Below, one piece after another: positions 1 through 10,121 of a stretch of 64,000 nt of DNA. Position 1 is the stretch's first letter. The number at the start of each line of letters is the position of its first letter. Below the pieces are notes generated by a model that was not told the origin of the DNA, made no database searches, and was given only the letters and a program-made list of their open reading frames with translations. The position numbers and the translations under genes were made by a program. The stretch lies in assembly GCA_036557345.1 (NCBI GenBank), contig DATBHS010000098.1, positions 8,605 to 72,604 of the forward strand, in the 5' to 3' direction. This DNA comes from Bryobacteraceae bacterium (lineage in GTDB: Bacteria > Acidobacteriota > Terriglobia > Bryobacterales > Bryobacteraceae).

Positions 1-469
1 CTACATTGTTAACGAGCGAGAGCTTGAAAGGCTCCAGCTCGATGGCCAGCTCTAGTCCAAGGCCGCCCGCATACTCGGCCAGCTCCCGCACATGCTCGAC
101 TGCCCATTTCCACTGGTCCCGCGGCGCGATGACCTGCTGTTCCCAAATATATTCGCCGAGCACCAGCAGCAGGTTCCTGGCTTCCAGGTCGTAGCCGAAG
201 TCCAGGTATTGCTTTGCCCGCGCTACGTGAAAATCGCGAACCGGCTTATTGAAATCGGCGATGCCCAAAGCGCAGCAGACCGTAGACACCACGGGCAGGT
301 GACACGCTTCGCACGTTTTCCGGATCAAGCGGCGCTCGGCAGGATCGATTTCGAGAGGATCTGCGAAAATGTCTATGGTGTCGAAGCCGATCTCTTTTGT
401 TAGCTCGATCCCCCGCCGGGTACCTACCGGCGTGCCCAGCCATGCGGAACTGATCAGCCCCAGCTTCAA
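1..469 (-). CDS. Sugar phosphate isomerase/epimerase (xylose isomerase-like TIM barrel); C-terminal part runs off the left edge
   Basis: Not in the ORF track because it runs off the edge. Own minus-strand translation from TTG at 467-469, preceded by AAAGAGGAGG: MKLGLISSAWLGTPVGTRRGIELTKEIGFDTIDIFADPLEIDPAERRLIRKTCEA...LELAIELEPF. Confidence 0.7.
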   Translation of the reverse strand, partial: MKLGLISSAWLGTPVGTRRGIELTKEIGFDTIDIFADPLEIDPAERRLIRKTCEACHLPVVSTVCCALGIADFNKPVRDFHVARAKQYLDFGYDLEARNLLLVLGEYIWEQQVIAPRDQWKWAVEHVRELAEYAGGLGLELAIELEPFKLSLVNNV

Positions 470-578
470 GGCGTAGACCTCCTCTTTAACTCGTTGCCGC
501 TTCTTGTTATTGACCTTCTTCGGCCCGCAGCGATAATATCATAAACGTTCATCATTAAATTCATGGCGGGAGCCTTCG

Positions 579-1700
579 TTGGATCTGGATCTCAATTACC
601 CGGTTTCTAAGCCGCTTCGCAGCGATTTCGGCATCGGCGCCGTGGGTGCGGGCTTCATCATGCGGGATGTGCAACTGAAGGCGTACGCGGACGCAGGTTT
701 TAACGTGGCTGCGATTACGTCGAGAACCCCGGAAATCGCGCGCGAGGTGTCCGATCTGCGGAGCATACCGCGAGTATACGAGACGATCGAGGAGATGGTG
801 CAGGATCCGGCCATCGAGATTCTCGACATCGCCGTTCCGCCCGATAGGCAACTCGACATGGTGCGCCGCGCTCTCCAGCATGGCCGGCGGTTAAAGGGCA
901 TTCTGGCGCAAAAACCTCTGGCCGTTACGCTCGAAGACGCCGCCGAAATCGTTCGTGTCTGTGAGGAAACGCATGTGGTCCTTGCTGTGAATCAAAACAT
1001 GCGCTACGACCAGTCGATTCGAGCTCTCAAGAAGCTGCTGAACCGCGGCGATCTCGGTACGCCGGTACTGGCCACCATCGAGATGCGCGCGGTGCCGCAC
1101 TGGCAGGCGTGGCTGCGCGAATACGGCCGGCTCACGCTGCTGAACATGAGCATCCATCACCTGGACAGCTTCCGTTACCTGTTCGGCGACCCTGAATCGA
1201 TCTTCGTCAGCGTGCGTAAAGATCCTCGCACGCGCTTCCCTCATGAAGACGGGATCTGCTTGTACATACTTGAATACGCAGACGGATTCAGGGCGGCCGG
1301 ATGGGATGACGTGTGGGCCGGACCACGCACCGAACGCGACGATCTGCGCCCGTACATTAAGTGGCGCGTAGAGGGTACCGATGGCTTGGCGGAAGGAACC
1401 CTTGGCTGGCCGCAGTATCCGAATCGCTCGCCTAGCACTCTGACCTTCACCAGCGTTATGAAGCCGGGCGTCTGGATCACGCCTCGTTGGCCCGAAGTGT
1501 GGTTCCCGGATGCGTTTCAAGGCCCCATGGCCGATCTCATGAATGCGATCGCAGCTCATACGGAGCCGCCAACCTGCGGGCGGGAGAACCTGGGAACGAT
1601 GGCGCTGATCGAAGCCGGATACCGATCGATAAAGGAGCGGAGACCGGTGGACATTTCTGAGATCGCGAACGGGTCTCCGGCGCTTGCTTCGAAGGAATAG
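579..1700 (+). CDS. Gfo/Idh/MocA family oxidoreductase
   Basis: 373-aa ORF with TTG start. N-terminal Rossmann segment GIGAVGAGFIMRDVQLKAYADAGFNVAAITSR, followed by a Gfo/Idh/MocA-type C-terminal domain. Confidence 0.85.
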   Translation: MDLDLNYPVSKPLRSDFGIGAVGAGFIMRDVQLKAYADAGFNVAAITSRTPEIAREVSDLRSIPRVYETIEEMVQDPAIEILDIAVPPDRQLDMVRRALQHGRRLKGILAQKPLAVTLEDAAEIVRVCEETHVVLAVNQNMRYDQSIRALKKLLNRGDLGTPVLATIEMRAVPHWQAWLREYGRLTLLNMSIHHLDSFRYLFGDPESIFVSVRKDPRTRFPHEDGICLYILEYADGFRAAGWDDVWAGPRTERDDLRPYIKWRVEGTDGLAEGTLGWPQYPNRSPSTLTFTSVMKPGVWITPRWPEVWFPDAFQGPMADLMNAIAAHTEPPTCGRENLGTMALIEAGYRSIKERRPVDISEIANGSPALASKE

Positions 1701-1703
1701 CCG

Positions 1704-2768
1704 ATGCCGCGCCGCTCCTCGTCTCCCACCATGAAGGATGTCGCCGCGCGCGCCAATGTCTCTATCGGTACGGTTTCGCGCGTGCTGAACCGGTATGACG
1801 ATGTCGATGAAAAACTTCGCATCCGCGTGGAGACCGTGGTCCGCAAGCTGGGATACCGGTTGAACTCACGGACCCGAAGCGTCGTCCACACGAAATCCCG
1901 CATCATCGGCCTGGTGCTGTGCAACGATTTCGGCCTGAGCTCCGATCAGTCCCTGCTGTTGCTCGGTATTGAAGAACATTGCGCCAAGGCGGGGTACTAC
2001 CTGCTATTCGCGCGGCATCAGTTTCCGCCCGAGCTGAGCGCGCAGGATATACAGATTCCAAGCGTTATCGAAACGCCCGGACTTGCCGATTGCGTCATCA
2101 TCGCGGGTACCGTCTATCGCAATATCCTGACCGCGTTTGCCAACCATGGCTTCAAATATGTCCTTCTGGGCAATCACGTAGTCGATCCGGGCGAGGACGA
2201 GATCGAGAGCAGCCGGGTGCAATACAACGATGAAGCAGGTTGCTACGAAGCAACGCACTACCTGGCTCAACTTGGCCATACTCATATCTGGTATATCGGC
2301 GATGCATCCCGGCCGTGGCACAAAAACCGGTATCGAGGATATGCGCGCGCCATGGCCGATCTGGGATTGGAGCCGCACGTTCACACCATCGCGCTCTCGG
2401 ATGACGAATTCGAAAATGGGCAGTCGGCTGTTACCTACATTCTCGAAGAGCAGTGGCCCGTGACAGCCATTCTGGCCGGCTCCGACGAATTGGCCTTCGG
2501 CGCGCGTGAAGGGCTCAGGCAGCACCGTCGCGACGTTCCCAAAGACGTGAGCCTCATCGGCTTCGAGCATCAACTAGGACATTCGCGCGGCTCCAATCTG
2601 ACCAGCGTTTGCGTAGACATGGTGGAGGTGGGGCGGCAGCTTGCCAAACTGGCCATCGCGCAGATCGAATCGGGAGACGCCGAAAACCGCGAAGTAGCGG
2701 TTCCGACCGTAGTTGCCCGCCGGAGTACCTGCCGGCCGCTGCGCAAAGAAGAACACATGCTTCTCTAG
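1704..2768 (+). CDS. LacI family transcriptional regulator
   Basis: 354 aa. HTH MKDVAARANVSIGTVSRVLN plus a periplasmic-binding-fold sensor domain. Starts 4 nt after the upstream stop. Confidence 0.9.
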   Translation: MPRRSSSPTMKDVAARANVSIGTVSRVLNRYDDVDEKLRIRVETVVRKLGYRLNSRTRSVVHTKSRIIGLVLCNDFGLSSDQSLLLLGIEEHCAKAGYYLLFARHQFPPELSAQDIQIPSVIETPGLADCVIIAGTVYRNILTAFANHGFKYVLLGNHVVDPGEDEIESSRVQYNDEAGCYEATHYLAQLGHTHIWYIGDASRPWHKNRYRGYARAMADLGLEPHVHTIALSDDEFENGQSAVTYILEEQWPVTAILAGSDELAFGAREGLRQHRRDVPKDVSLIGFEHQLGHSRGSNLTSVCVDMVEVGRQLAKLAIAQIESGDAENREVAVPTVVARRSTCRPLRKEEHMLL

Positions 2769-2789
2769 CCCGATCATCTCTCGAAATCT

Positions 2790-3803
2790 ATGTTTCAATC
2801 ACGATTCGTTCTACCGGTGCTGCTGCTGGTCACAGCGGCCCAGATGCAAGCCGCTGGCGTCACATATGAAGGTAAGCACGGTCCTGGGCATGGCAAATAT
2901 GTCGTGCTGATCGCGGGCGACGACGCCGAATATCATTCCGAGGAAGCGCTGCCGCAGCTCGCCAAGATTCTTGCCGTCCATCACGGATTCAAATGTACGG
3001 TCCTGTTTCCAATCAACCCGGCCGACGGTACGATCGACCCGAAATATAACCGCAACACGCCCGGTCTCGAGGCGCTACGCAAAGCGGACCTCATGGTGCT
3101 GTTCATGCGGTGGCGCGATCTACCCGACGACCAGATGAAGGAGATAATCGATTACGCGCAATCGGGCCGGCCGATTATCGCTATTCGCACCGGCACGCAT
3201 CCATTCGAGGTGAAGACCAGCAAGACCTACGAAAAATACAACTGGAACAGCAAGATTCCGGGATGGGAAGGCGGCTTCGGCCGCAAGGTGGTAGGCGAAA
3301 CATGGGTCGCCCATCACGGCCAGCACGGAAAACAAAGCACTCGCGCGTTCTATGCACCCGGCGCGGCGCGGAATCCCATTCTGCGCGGCATAGGGACCGG
3401 CGAGATCTGGGTTCCTACAGAAGTGTATGAAGTTACCTTGCCCATGCTTCCCACGTGTCGGCCTTTGTTGCTGGGACAGGTGCTTTCCGGCTTGCATCGG
3501 GACGATCCGCCAGTTGCTGGCAAGGTGAACGATCCGATGATGCCCGTCGCATGGACGAACCGTTTCAAGGCCGAGTCCGGCAACACGGCCCGTGTTTTCA
3601 CGTCCACCATGGGCGCAGCCGACGACCTGGAGAGCGAGGGCCTGCGGCGCCTTCTGGTGAACGCAACCTACTGGGCTGTAGGCCTCGAGAACAAGATTCC
3701 GGCAAAAGCCGATGTCGATCTGGTGGGCGACTATCATCCGCACTCGTATACATCAGAGATGTATACGAAAGGCGTCAAGCCGTCCGATCTGGCGCTGAGG
3801 TAG
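2790..3803 (+). CDS. Secreted ThuA-like / class I glutamine amidotransferase-like domain protein
   Basis: 337 aa. N-terminal signal peptide MFQSRFVLPVLLLVTAAQMQA. Core KYVVLIAGDDAEYHSEEALPQLAKILAVHHGFKCTVLF...ADLMVLFMRWRDLPDDQM resembles ThuA-domain proteins. Family call is from memory of the motif pattern. Confidence 0.6.
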   Translation: MFQSRFVLPVLLLVTAAQMQAAGVTYEGKHGPGHGKYVVLIAGDDAEYHSEEALPQLAKILAVHHGFKCTVLFPINPADGTIDPKYNRNTPGLEALRKADLMVLFMRWRDLPDDQMKEIIDYAQSGRPIIAIRTGTHPFEVKTSKTYEKYNWNSKIPGWEGGFGRKVVGETWVAHHGQHGKQSTRAFYAPGAARNPILRGIGTGEIWVPTEVYEVTLPMLPTCRPLLLGQVLSGLHRDDPPVAGKVNDPMMPVAWTNRFKAESGNTARVFTSTMGAADDLESEGLRRLLVNATYWAVGLENKIPAKADVDLVGDYHPHSYTSEMYTKGVKPSDLALR

Positions 3804-3844
3804 GGGCGAGGCATACCTCGCCCGATGCGTGCCTCGTCTCTTCT

Positions 3845-4465
3845 CTACAGCGCGAGCGGCTCGCCCCAATGCCCGCCGAACGCAAGCTCATGTAGCGGTC
3901 TGCGGACGCGTTTGGCCACTTCCGCCTGCCTCTGCTGCTCGTTGGTGAGCTTGTCCGGGGTATCGAGATAGCCGAGCGCAACGGCAGCGCCGAGATCGTA
4001 ATCGTCTGGGATCCCGAGAACCTCGCGCGCCCGCGCGCGATCAAAGCCCGCCATGCCATGGGCGTACAGGCCCAGCGCGTGCGCCTGCAACATGAAGTGC
4101 GCAAGAGCAGCCCCGGTATCGTGCAGCGCGTAGGAATTCGGCGAGCCGTTATGGCTGAAGGTCCGTTTGGCAGCCATGATCATGAGGACCGGTGCGGTCT
4201 TCGCCCATTCCTGATTGCGCGGCACCAGTAGACTGAGCATCCGGTCATACACCTCGCCATCGGATTTTCTGGCGATCAAGAAGCGCCACGGCTGCTCATT
4301 GAAGGAGGAAGCCGCCCAGCGTGCGGCTTCAAGGATGGTTCTCAGGTCTTCGTTGGAAATCGGCCTTTCCGAAAACGATCGCGGGCTCCAACGCGTACGA
4401 ATCAACTCGTGAACCGTGGGAAGAGTATCTGCGTGTTTGGCGGGGTTATTTGACAGCAGTGTCAA
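3845..4465 (-). CDS. Nitroreductase family protein
   Basis: TVHELIRTRWSPRSFSERPISNEDLRTILEAARWAASSFNEQPWRF is a classic nitroreductase N-terminus. The ORF is open to 4510, but that would overlap the upstream kinase by 65 nt. The in-frame TTG at 4465 is a more plausible start, though uncertain. Confidence 0.75.
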   Translation of the reverse strand: MTLLSNNPAKHADTLPTVHELIRTRWSPRSFSERPISNEDLRTILEAARWAASSFNEQPWRFLIARKSDGEVYDRMLSLLVPRNQEWAKTAPVLMIMAAKRTFSHNGSPNSYALHDTGAALAHFMLQAHALGLYAHGMAGFDRARAREVLGIPDDYDLGAAVALGYLDTPDKLTNEQQRQAEVAKRVRRPLHELAFGGHWGEPLAL

Positions 4466-5615
4466 CGGGAACGCCTTCCTCGTCCGCGGCAGGGGGCAGA
4501 GCGGCTTCAAGCTCGGCAGTTTCTGGGGCGTAGTAATAATCGTGGTAGTAGTTGTACTTGCTATAGAGCTCGCTCCGGCGCGCTCCGTTCACGACCACAC
4601 CCAACACGTTATTTTCACAAAGCGACTGCATGGCGCGGGTCACCGAATCGAAGGTCGTGGTCCCGATCCGCACAACCAGTATGGTGCCATCGCACATGGT
4701 GGCGAGAAGGTTGCCGTCGGCTGCAAATAGCAGGGGCGGGCTATCGAGAATGACCCAGTCGAAATGGTTACGCAAGCCCTCGATCAACGCGCCGCACTCT
4801 TTGAGGTTTAGGAGTTCGAGAGGATTCGTAACCACCTCTCCGGCGGTAATCGTGTAAAGGTTGGTGTCGCCCACCTTGATAATGATCTCGCCCACGCGAG
4901 CTTTTCCTTGGAGGTAGTCGGTGATACCTGGCGAAGCGGGCAGGCGAAAGATTTTATCGACCGTCGGACGCCTGAAATCGAAGTCGGCAAGCAGAACTCG
5001 CTTCCCGGTAAGCTGTGACTGGGTGATGGCCAGATTCGATGCCGTAAACGACTTCCCCTCGGCCGGGGAAGCGCTGGTCACAACGAGCGTTCGAAGAGGC
5101 TGCAAAGTCTGCAGATGGTTCAGACGCGTGCGTAGCGAGCGAAACTCCTCAGAGGGCGCCTCACGAGGCTTGGATGGATTGACGACCAAGGCTTCGGGAA
5201 TGGGATCGTAGGGCGCTTGCCGGGCGTTCTGGATGAACTGTTCCAGCGTCTCGAGATCGTTTCCTGCTTCGGCCAGCCATGTGTGGGCCGCCGCAAGAAC
5301 CGCCGAAGCCGGACCGGCCGGGGGAGGCGGAGCAGTTGGCGGCTGAACAGCTACGAGTTCATCCGCAGCATCGGAAGGCGCGGCGGGAGCGAAGACGGCT
5401 GCGGGCGTAAACGAGGCCTCGGGTGCAGATGTAAAGGAAGCTGCTGCGGGTGCTGGCGCCGCCTCGGGAGAAGGCGCAGCCGCCTCGACGTTGGCAGCGA
5501 AAACAGGATTACGCTGAATCGGCGGCCGCGGGGGCCGGATCTGTTCTTGCGCCGCTTTTCGCGATGCGTCTTTCTCTTGTGCCGCTTTTCGCAAAGCGTC
5601 GTGGACACGACTCAT
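4446..5615 (-). CDS. Bacterial tyrosine (BY) kinase-type P-loop ATPase (CpsD/CapB/EpsG-like), polysaccharide biosynthesis
   Basis: 389 aa. C-terminal domain has Walker A VVTSASPAEGKSFTASNLAITQ, then LLADFDFRRP and VILDSPPLL. The first approx 115 aa are an Ala/Pro-rich low-complexity stretch. Confidence 0.8.
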   Translation of the reverse strand: MSRVHDALRKAAQEKDASRKAAQEQIRPPRPPIQRNPVFAANVEAAAPSPEAAPAPAAASFTSAPEASFTPAAVFAPAAPSDAADELVAVQPPTAPPPPAGPASAVLAAAHTWLAEAGNDLETLEQFIQNARQAPYDPIPEALVVNPSKPREAPSEEFRSLRTRLNHLQTLQPLRTLVVTSASPAEGKSFTASNLAITQSQLTGKRVLLADFDFRRPTVDKIFRLPASPGITDYLQGKARVGEIIIKVGDTNLYTITAGEVVTNPLELLNLKECGALIEGLRNHFDWVILDSPPLLFAADGNLLATMCDGTILVVRIGTTTFDSVTRAMQSLCENNVLGVVVNGARRSELYSKYNYYHDYYYAPETAELEAALPPAADEEGVPVDTAVK

Positions 5616-5625
5616 TCGTTATGCC

Positions 5626-7269
5626 TTAGCTCCAATAATGATGCGCGACGGATCCTGCCGCGATAGCTAGCCCGAGAAACGTCGCTGCAGCCCAACTGAC
5701 CCACATCATCTGCTTACGGCGTTGCACGACAACGTCATTTTCTAGCAGTGGAATGCTTCCAAGGATCGATAACTGGGTGTACAGACGCGCATCCTTCAAG
5801 TTCTTCAATGACGTGTCCTTGACTTCCCGCATACCGACCAGAACCACGCCGAGAGCGAGGCCCACGCCTCCGCCGATCGGAATAATCATGGATCGCTTGG
5901 GGGCAGAGGGCGCCGGTGGCAGAGATGCGGAATCAATTAGCTCCAGCGTCTCGCCTTGCTTGCGCCGTTCGAGCTCCAGCGAGACGCCCGACTTCTCACG
6001 CTTGATCTGATAGTTGATGTATCGCTGCTTAGCGAGATCACGCTCGCGCAGCAGGTCATTGTAGTCTTTCTCGCTGGCGGGCATACTCTGAAGGCGGGTG
6101 GAGTAAGCGTTCAACGTGGCATTCAGCTTGGCTAGCTGATCGTTGTATCTCTTGCGTTCCATTTCGTTCGCCTTCAATTGCGTCTCAATTTGCTGGACGG
6201 CGGCTTCGGCGTTCATACGTTCGCGGGTCTGGCCTGGATTATAGGTGGGCGGCTCTTTGGAGGGATTGTCCTTTGCCGCTTGTTCCTTAGCCGCCTGCTC
6301 CTTGGCGGTCCTCTCACGCTGGGTTTTCAAAAAAGCCAGACGGTCCCGGGCAGCCTGCAGATTGGGATAGTCATCCGTGTACCGGGTCTTCATGCTTTCG
6401 ATGTTGTCTTGCAGTTGCTCGATTTCCTTATCCAGCGCAGCAACTTTCTGATTTTGGCTGAGCGCCTGCGGCGAGTTCATCTGGTAGGTCGACAGGCGAT
6501 CTTTGGCGATGCCGAGTTCGGACTCCAGCATCATGCGCTGCTCGCTGTTGCGGGTCAGGGCATCGGAAAAACTGCCGGCGCGATTCTCGAGCGCATTCAT
6601 CTGCGCAAGGTTCGTTTGCATCTCATCCGGCAGGCGGCCAGCATTCTTTTCGCGATAGGCAGCCAGCTTCTGTTCCACTTCGTCCAGGTCGCGCTTGGCC
6701 CGCTCGCCTTCATCGGTCAAGAAATCGCTGGTGGCCTGCTGAAACTGCCTGTTCAGCTCGCTGTTTGCCGTCATGAAGCGTGATACTAGCTCGTTGCATA
6801 CTTTCTGAGCCGTGTACTTATCGCTGTAGGCAAAAGTCACCTCCATGGCGGGCAGCGATTTGCCTGCGAGATTGGTCCAGCCGTTAAGAGGCTTGATTCC
6901 GATGGCAGCTTTCATCTTTGTGATGACGTCTTCCATGGGCGCGCCCTTCAGTTCATCCTTGTAGAGCCCGTAGGTGTTAATGATCGACGTTAATGTGTCG
7001 CGGCTTTGAATGTTCTGCGCCATGCCGTTGATCCGGTCGACAATATCCTGGGCGCTTACGTTCTGAATCAGTTCAGGGGAAATTTGCTGCGGTACGATGC
7101 GGATCCTGGCCTGCGAGACGTACTTATCGCTCAGCACAAATGCAACGACGGTGGAAACGACGAGCCCGGCGAACACGGGCCCGATAAGCCAGCCCACATT
7201 CCGGCGCACCATATCGATGTAATCTTCGAAATCCAGTGCGCGCCTGGGTACGGATAGTCGATCAAGCAT
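5626..7269 (-). CDS. Polysaccharide chain-length determinant (Wzz/GumC/EpsF-like PCP) protein
   Basis: 547 aa. N-terminal TM helix (WLIGPVFAGLVVSTVVAFVL), a long coiled-coil periplasmic region, and a C-terminal TM helix. Sits between the Wza-like gene and the BY kinase. Confidence 0.8.
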   Translation of the reverse strand: MLDRLSVPRRALDFEDYIDMVRRNVGWLIGPVFAGLVVSTVVAFVLSDKYVSQARIRIVPQQISPELIQNVSAQDIVDRINGMAQNIQSRDTLTSIINTYGLYKDELKGAPMEDVITKMKAAIGIKPLNGWTNLAGKSLPAMEVTFAYSDKYTAQKVCNELVSRFMTANSELNRQFQQATSDFLTDEGERAKRDLDEVEQKLAAYREKNAGRLPDEMQTNLAQMNALENRAGSFSDALTRNSEQRMMLESELGIAKDRLSTYQMNSPQALSQNQKVAALDKEIEQLQDNIESMKTRYTDDYPNLQAARDRLAFLKTQRERTAKEQAAKEQAAKDNPSKEPPTYNPGQTRERMNAEAAVQQIETQLKANEMERKRYNDQLAKLNATLNAYSTRLQSMPASEKDYNDLLRERDLAKQRYINYQIKREKSGVSLELERRKQGETLELIDSASLPPAPSAPKRSMIIPIGGGVGLALGVVLVGMREVKDTSLKNLKDARLYTQLSILGSIPLLENDVVVQRRKQMMWVSWAAATFLGLAIAAGSVAHHYWS

Positions 7270-7295
7270 GGCAGTCTAATTCCTGTGCAACACTC

Positions 7296-7991
7296 TTATG
7301 GAACGACGACGTGGTCGCCCGGTTTCAGTTCTATGTTCTGATCCATATGCTTGCCGCGTACCACATCTTTATAGTTGAAGGGAATGCGCTTGTCTCCGCG
7401 CAAAATATAGATTTTTTTCTGGTTGCCAAATTCCATAACGCCCCCGGCTTTGCTGATTGCCTCGAGCACGGTAATCGGCACAACCAACGGATATTCACCA
7501 CGGCGGGCGATGTACCCATCCATGTAATATTTCTTGCTTCCTACTGCTTGAACCGTAACTGTTACCAGCGGCTTCACCACGTATTTCCCGAGCGCCTTCG
7601 TGACCGTCTGCTCCACCTGTACAGGAGTGTTTCCGCCGGCTTGCAAATCGCCAACCAGCGGGAGGGTGATCTTGCCGTCTTGGTGAACGGCCACCGGTCC
7701 GGAAAATTCCGGCTCGTTCCACACGCGAATGTGCAGAATATCAGCCGGACCGATCTTGTAAGCATTTGAATCTACAGGGGCTCCAGCCGTCGAGGGCGCC
7801 GGAACGTTCTTTCCGTCATTCGACTGATCAACCGGCGCCTGCTCGGTATTTGACTGGGGAGTTTCCTCCTGCGCCGGGGGAACAGCCGGCGGGGCGACCG
7901 GAGTCTGCTGAGCGGCCGCGCTAAAACAGACGCTAAACAGCGTCCAAAAGGCTAAGATGGCGGAACGATGTCCGGAAGTGAATGAAATCAT
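7296..7991 (-). CDS. Polysaccharide export protein (Wza/EpsE-like)
   Basis: YKIGPADILHIRVWNEPEFSGPVAVHQDGKITLPLVGDLQAGGNTPVQVEQ is the Poly_export/SLBB signature. ATG at 7991 gives a signal peptide. The ORF is open to 8054. Confidence 0.8.
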   Translation of the reverse strand: MISFTSGHRSAILAFWTLFSVCFSAAAQQTPVAPPAVPPAQEETPQSNTEQAPVDQSNDGKNVPAPSTAGAPVDSNAYKIGPADILHIRVWNEPEFSGPVAVHQDGKITLPLVGDLQAGGNTPVQVEQTVTKALGKYVVKPLVTVTVQAVGSKKYYMDGYIARRGEYPLVVPITVLEAISKAGGVMEFGNQKKIYILRGDKRIPFNYKDVVRGKHMDQNIELKPGDHVVVP

Positions 7992-8072
7992 GAGAGAGTA
8001 GAACACTGCCGGGAGGGGCCGGACAACCATGATTCTCGCATGTTGCTGCTCCAATAGAGAAATGAGGCGCGT

Positions 8073-10121
8073 TTATCGAATCTCGGTGTGCCGGTCCAGG
8101 CTGGCCGCCGAAGCCGACGCCGTGGCCGCATCGAATTTCGAAATAGGCACCCATACTTCCATAGGTGTGGGCTCCCGGTTTCCGATCGCATAATACGGTA
8201 TAAATGTCAGATTTACAGGCCTTTTCGCTTGATTCAATACCACTGATAAAGGCTCGTATAAAGGCTCCTCCCCAAGTGGTTTTTCGGCAGCTTGACCGGA
8301 AACCTTTAGAACCGTAATTCCTCCGAGTAAATCCTTGCGAATTTCAGGTGTAATTAAAGTACTAGTACGATAAAAAATATCAGGAAGTGCGGCGCCGCTC
8401 TGGTCAATTTGTTCAAGAGCATACACAAGCGGTCCCCGCAGTAGTGCAATACGGCCATACTCGTCCGCAACGCGAGGATTCGCCACCGTGACCACAGGCT
8501 GCATCGGAAAATTCACCATGACCGTATCGCCCGGCTTCCAGTTTCGCGAGATCGGAACGTATAGCCCGCGCTGGCTTGCCGTCAGGGTCACGGGCTGGCC
8601 GTTGACCTGGACATCCGCCAAGCTCGCCCACGCTGGCCAACGAATGTATAGTGTGAAATCGGAAGCGCGCGTGGGCGTTACCGTGAACGTGATTTCCCCG
8701 CTCCAGGGATACGATGTCGTTTGCGCCAGCTTCAATGGCGTGCCGTCTTCCAGATGCCAGTCGAGCTCGGAAGTATGGTAAAGGTTCACGTACACTCCCG
8801 CGCGGCTGGTGGCGTAGAAGTATCCAGGCAGAGATTCGAACAGGCGCTCCAGGTTCGGGGGGCAGCAGGTCGTGTCATACCACGGGTTCCGCAGCCTCTC
8901 GCCGGATGAGGCCAAGGGATTGCGATAGCAATACAGAGTTCCGGAGAGCGACATTCCCGAATTCGCGCCGTTGTAAAGCGCTCGTTCGAGCACGTCGGCA
9001 TAGCGTCCATCGCCGGTAAGCGCTAGCAGCCGGAAGTTCCACATCACGTTGGCAACCGCTGCGCACGTCTCGGCGTACGCTTGTTCCGCAGGAAGTTCGT
9101 AAGGGTCGCCGAAGGTTTCGCCGGCTGATCGCGATCCCACGCCGCCCGTGATGTACATCTTGCGCATCGTGAGATCGGTCCACAATAAGTCAAGAGTTCG
9201 TTTATAGGCCTGGTCGCCCGCTTCCGTGAAATAATCGGTGGCGCCGGAGGCGGCATACAGCGCGCGGACGGCATGACCCTCGAACTCGGTGCGCGAAGTA
9301 AAAGGTTTACCGCTAAAGGCATAGCGAATATCCGAATCCTTCAGCTTTAAGCGGTCCTTCTCGACTCCGCTGAAAAGATAGCGGGCAAATTCCAGATACT
9401 TCGTCTGACCGGTAGTGCGATACAACTCCACCAGCGCCATTTCGAGCTCAGGATGGCCGGTCACGAAAGGCCGCTTGGCAGGTCCGAAATTATCGATCAC
9501 ATAATCGGCGAACCGAATACCGGCATCGAGCAGCTTGCGGCTTCCGGTGGCTCGGTAATAGGCGATGCCCGCCTGGATGAGATGCCCGAGGCAATAATCC
9601 TCGTGAGAATGGAGTAGATCGGTGAAGCGCAAGCGCGCTTTATCGCCCACAAAGTAAGTGTTGAGATAGCCGCTCGGCTCCTGCGCGGCGATGATGTGGG
9701 AAGCGAGCGACTCGACGTCCCCGCGCAACTTCTGCTTCTCGGCCTCTGATGTCTCGTTCGAAGCAAGAGCCCAGGACGCCGCTTCTATCCATTTATAGAG
9801 GTCGGAATCGGTGTAGAGAGGGCCCTTGCGCGGCAGATCGGGACGTCCCGACAAGCGCCGGAAATTGTCCACAACGCCGTGCTCTTCGAGCAGATCAAGC
9901 AGCGTTGGCAGACTTCGCTCGGTAGTGATTCTGCGGCGAGCGCTCCAGAATCCATCGCCCAGGCGTACCGCCTGTACTGGAACCGGGTGCAAGCGGGCGT
10001 TCAACGAGTGATCGAGATAGAGAATGCCCTCGTCCTTCCACTCGTCGCCGTGCGGTGTTTGCGCACCCAGAACCAGGATCGCGCCACTCGCGGCGGCAGC
10101 GGCAAACAGCCATTGCTTCAT
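8073..10121 (-). CDS. Glycoside hydrolase family 127 (beta-L-arabinofuranosidase-like, DUF1680)
   Basis: About 680 aa. Motifs HSHEDYCLGHLIQAGIAYYRATG and TCCPPNLERL. ATG at 10121 gives the signal peptide MKQWLFAAAAASGAILVLGA and overlaps the Maf stop by 4 nt (ATGA). Confidence 0.85.
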   Translation of the reverse strand: MKQWLFAAAAASGAILVLGAQTPHGDEWKDEGILYLDHSLNARLHPVPVQAVRLGDGFWSARRRITTERSLPTLLDLLEEHGVVDNFRRLSGRPDLPRKGPLYTDSDLYKWIEAASWALASNETSEAEKQKLRGDVESLASHIIAAQEPSGYLNTYFVGDKARLRFTDLLHSHEDYCLGHLIQAGIAYYRATGSRKLLDAGIRFADYVIDNFGPAKRPFVTGHPELEMALVELYRTTGQTKYLEFARYLFSGVEKDRLKLKDSDIRYAFSGKPFTSRTEFEGHAVRALYAASGATDYFTEAGDQAYKRTLDLLWTDLTMRKMYITGGVGSRSAGETFGDPYELPAEQAYAETCAAVANVMWNFRLLALTGDGRYADVLERALYNGANSGMSLSGTLYCYRNPLASSGERLRNPWYDTTCCPPNLERLFESLPGYFYATSRAGVYVNLYHTSELDWHLEDGTPLKLAQTTSYPWSGEITFTVTPTRASDFTLYIRWPAWASLADVQVNGQPVTLTASQRGLYVPISRNWKPGDTVMVNFPMQPVVTVANPRVADEYGRIALLRGPLVYALEQIDQSGAALPDIFYRTSTLITPEIRKDLLGGITVLKVSGQAAEKPLGEEPLYEPLSVVLNQAKRPVNLTFIPYYAIGNREPTPMEVWVPISKFDAATASASAASLDRHTEIR

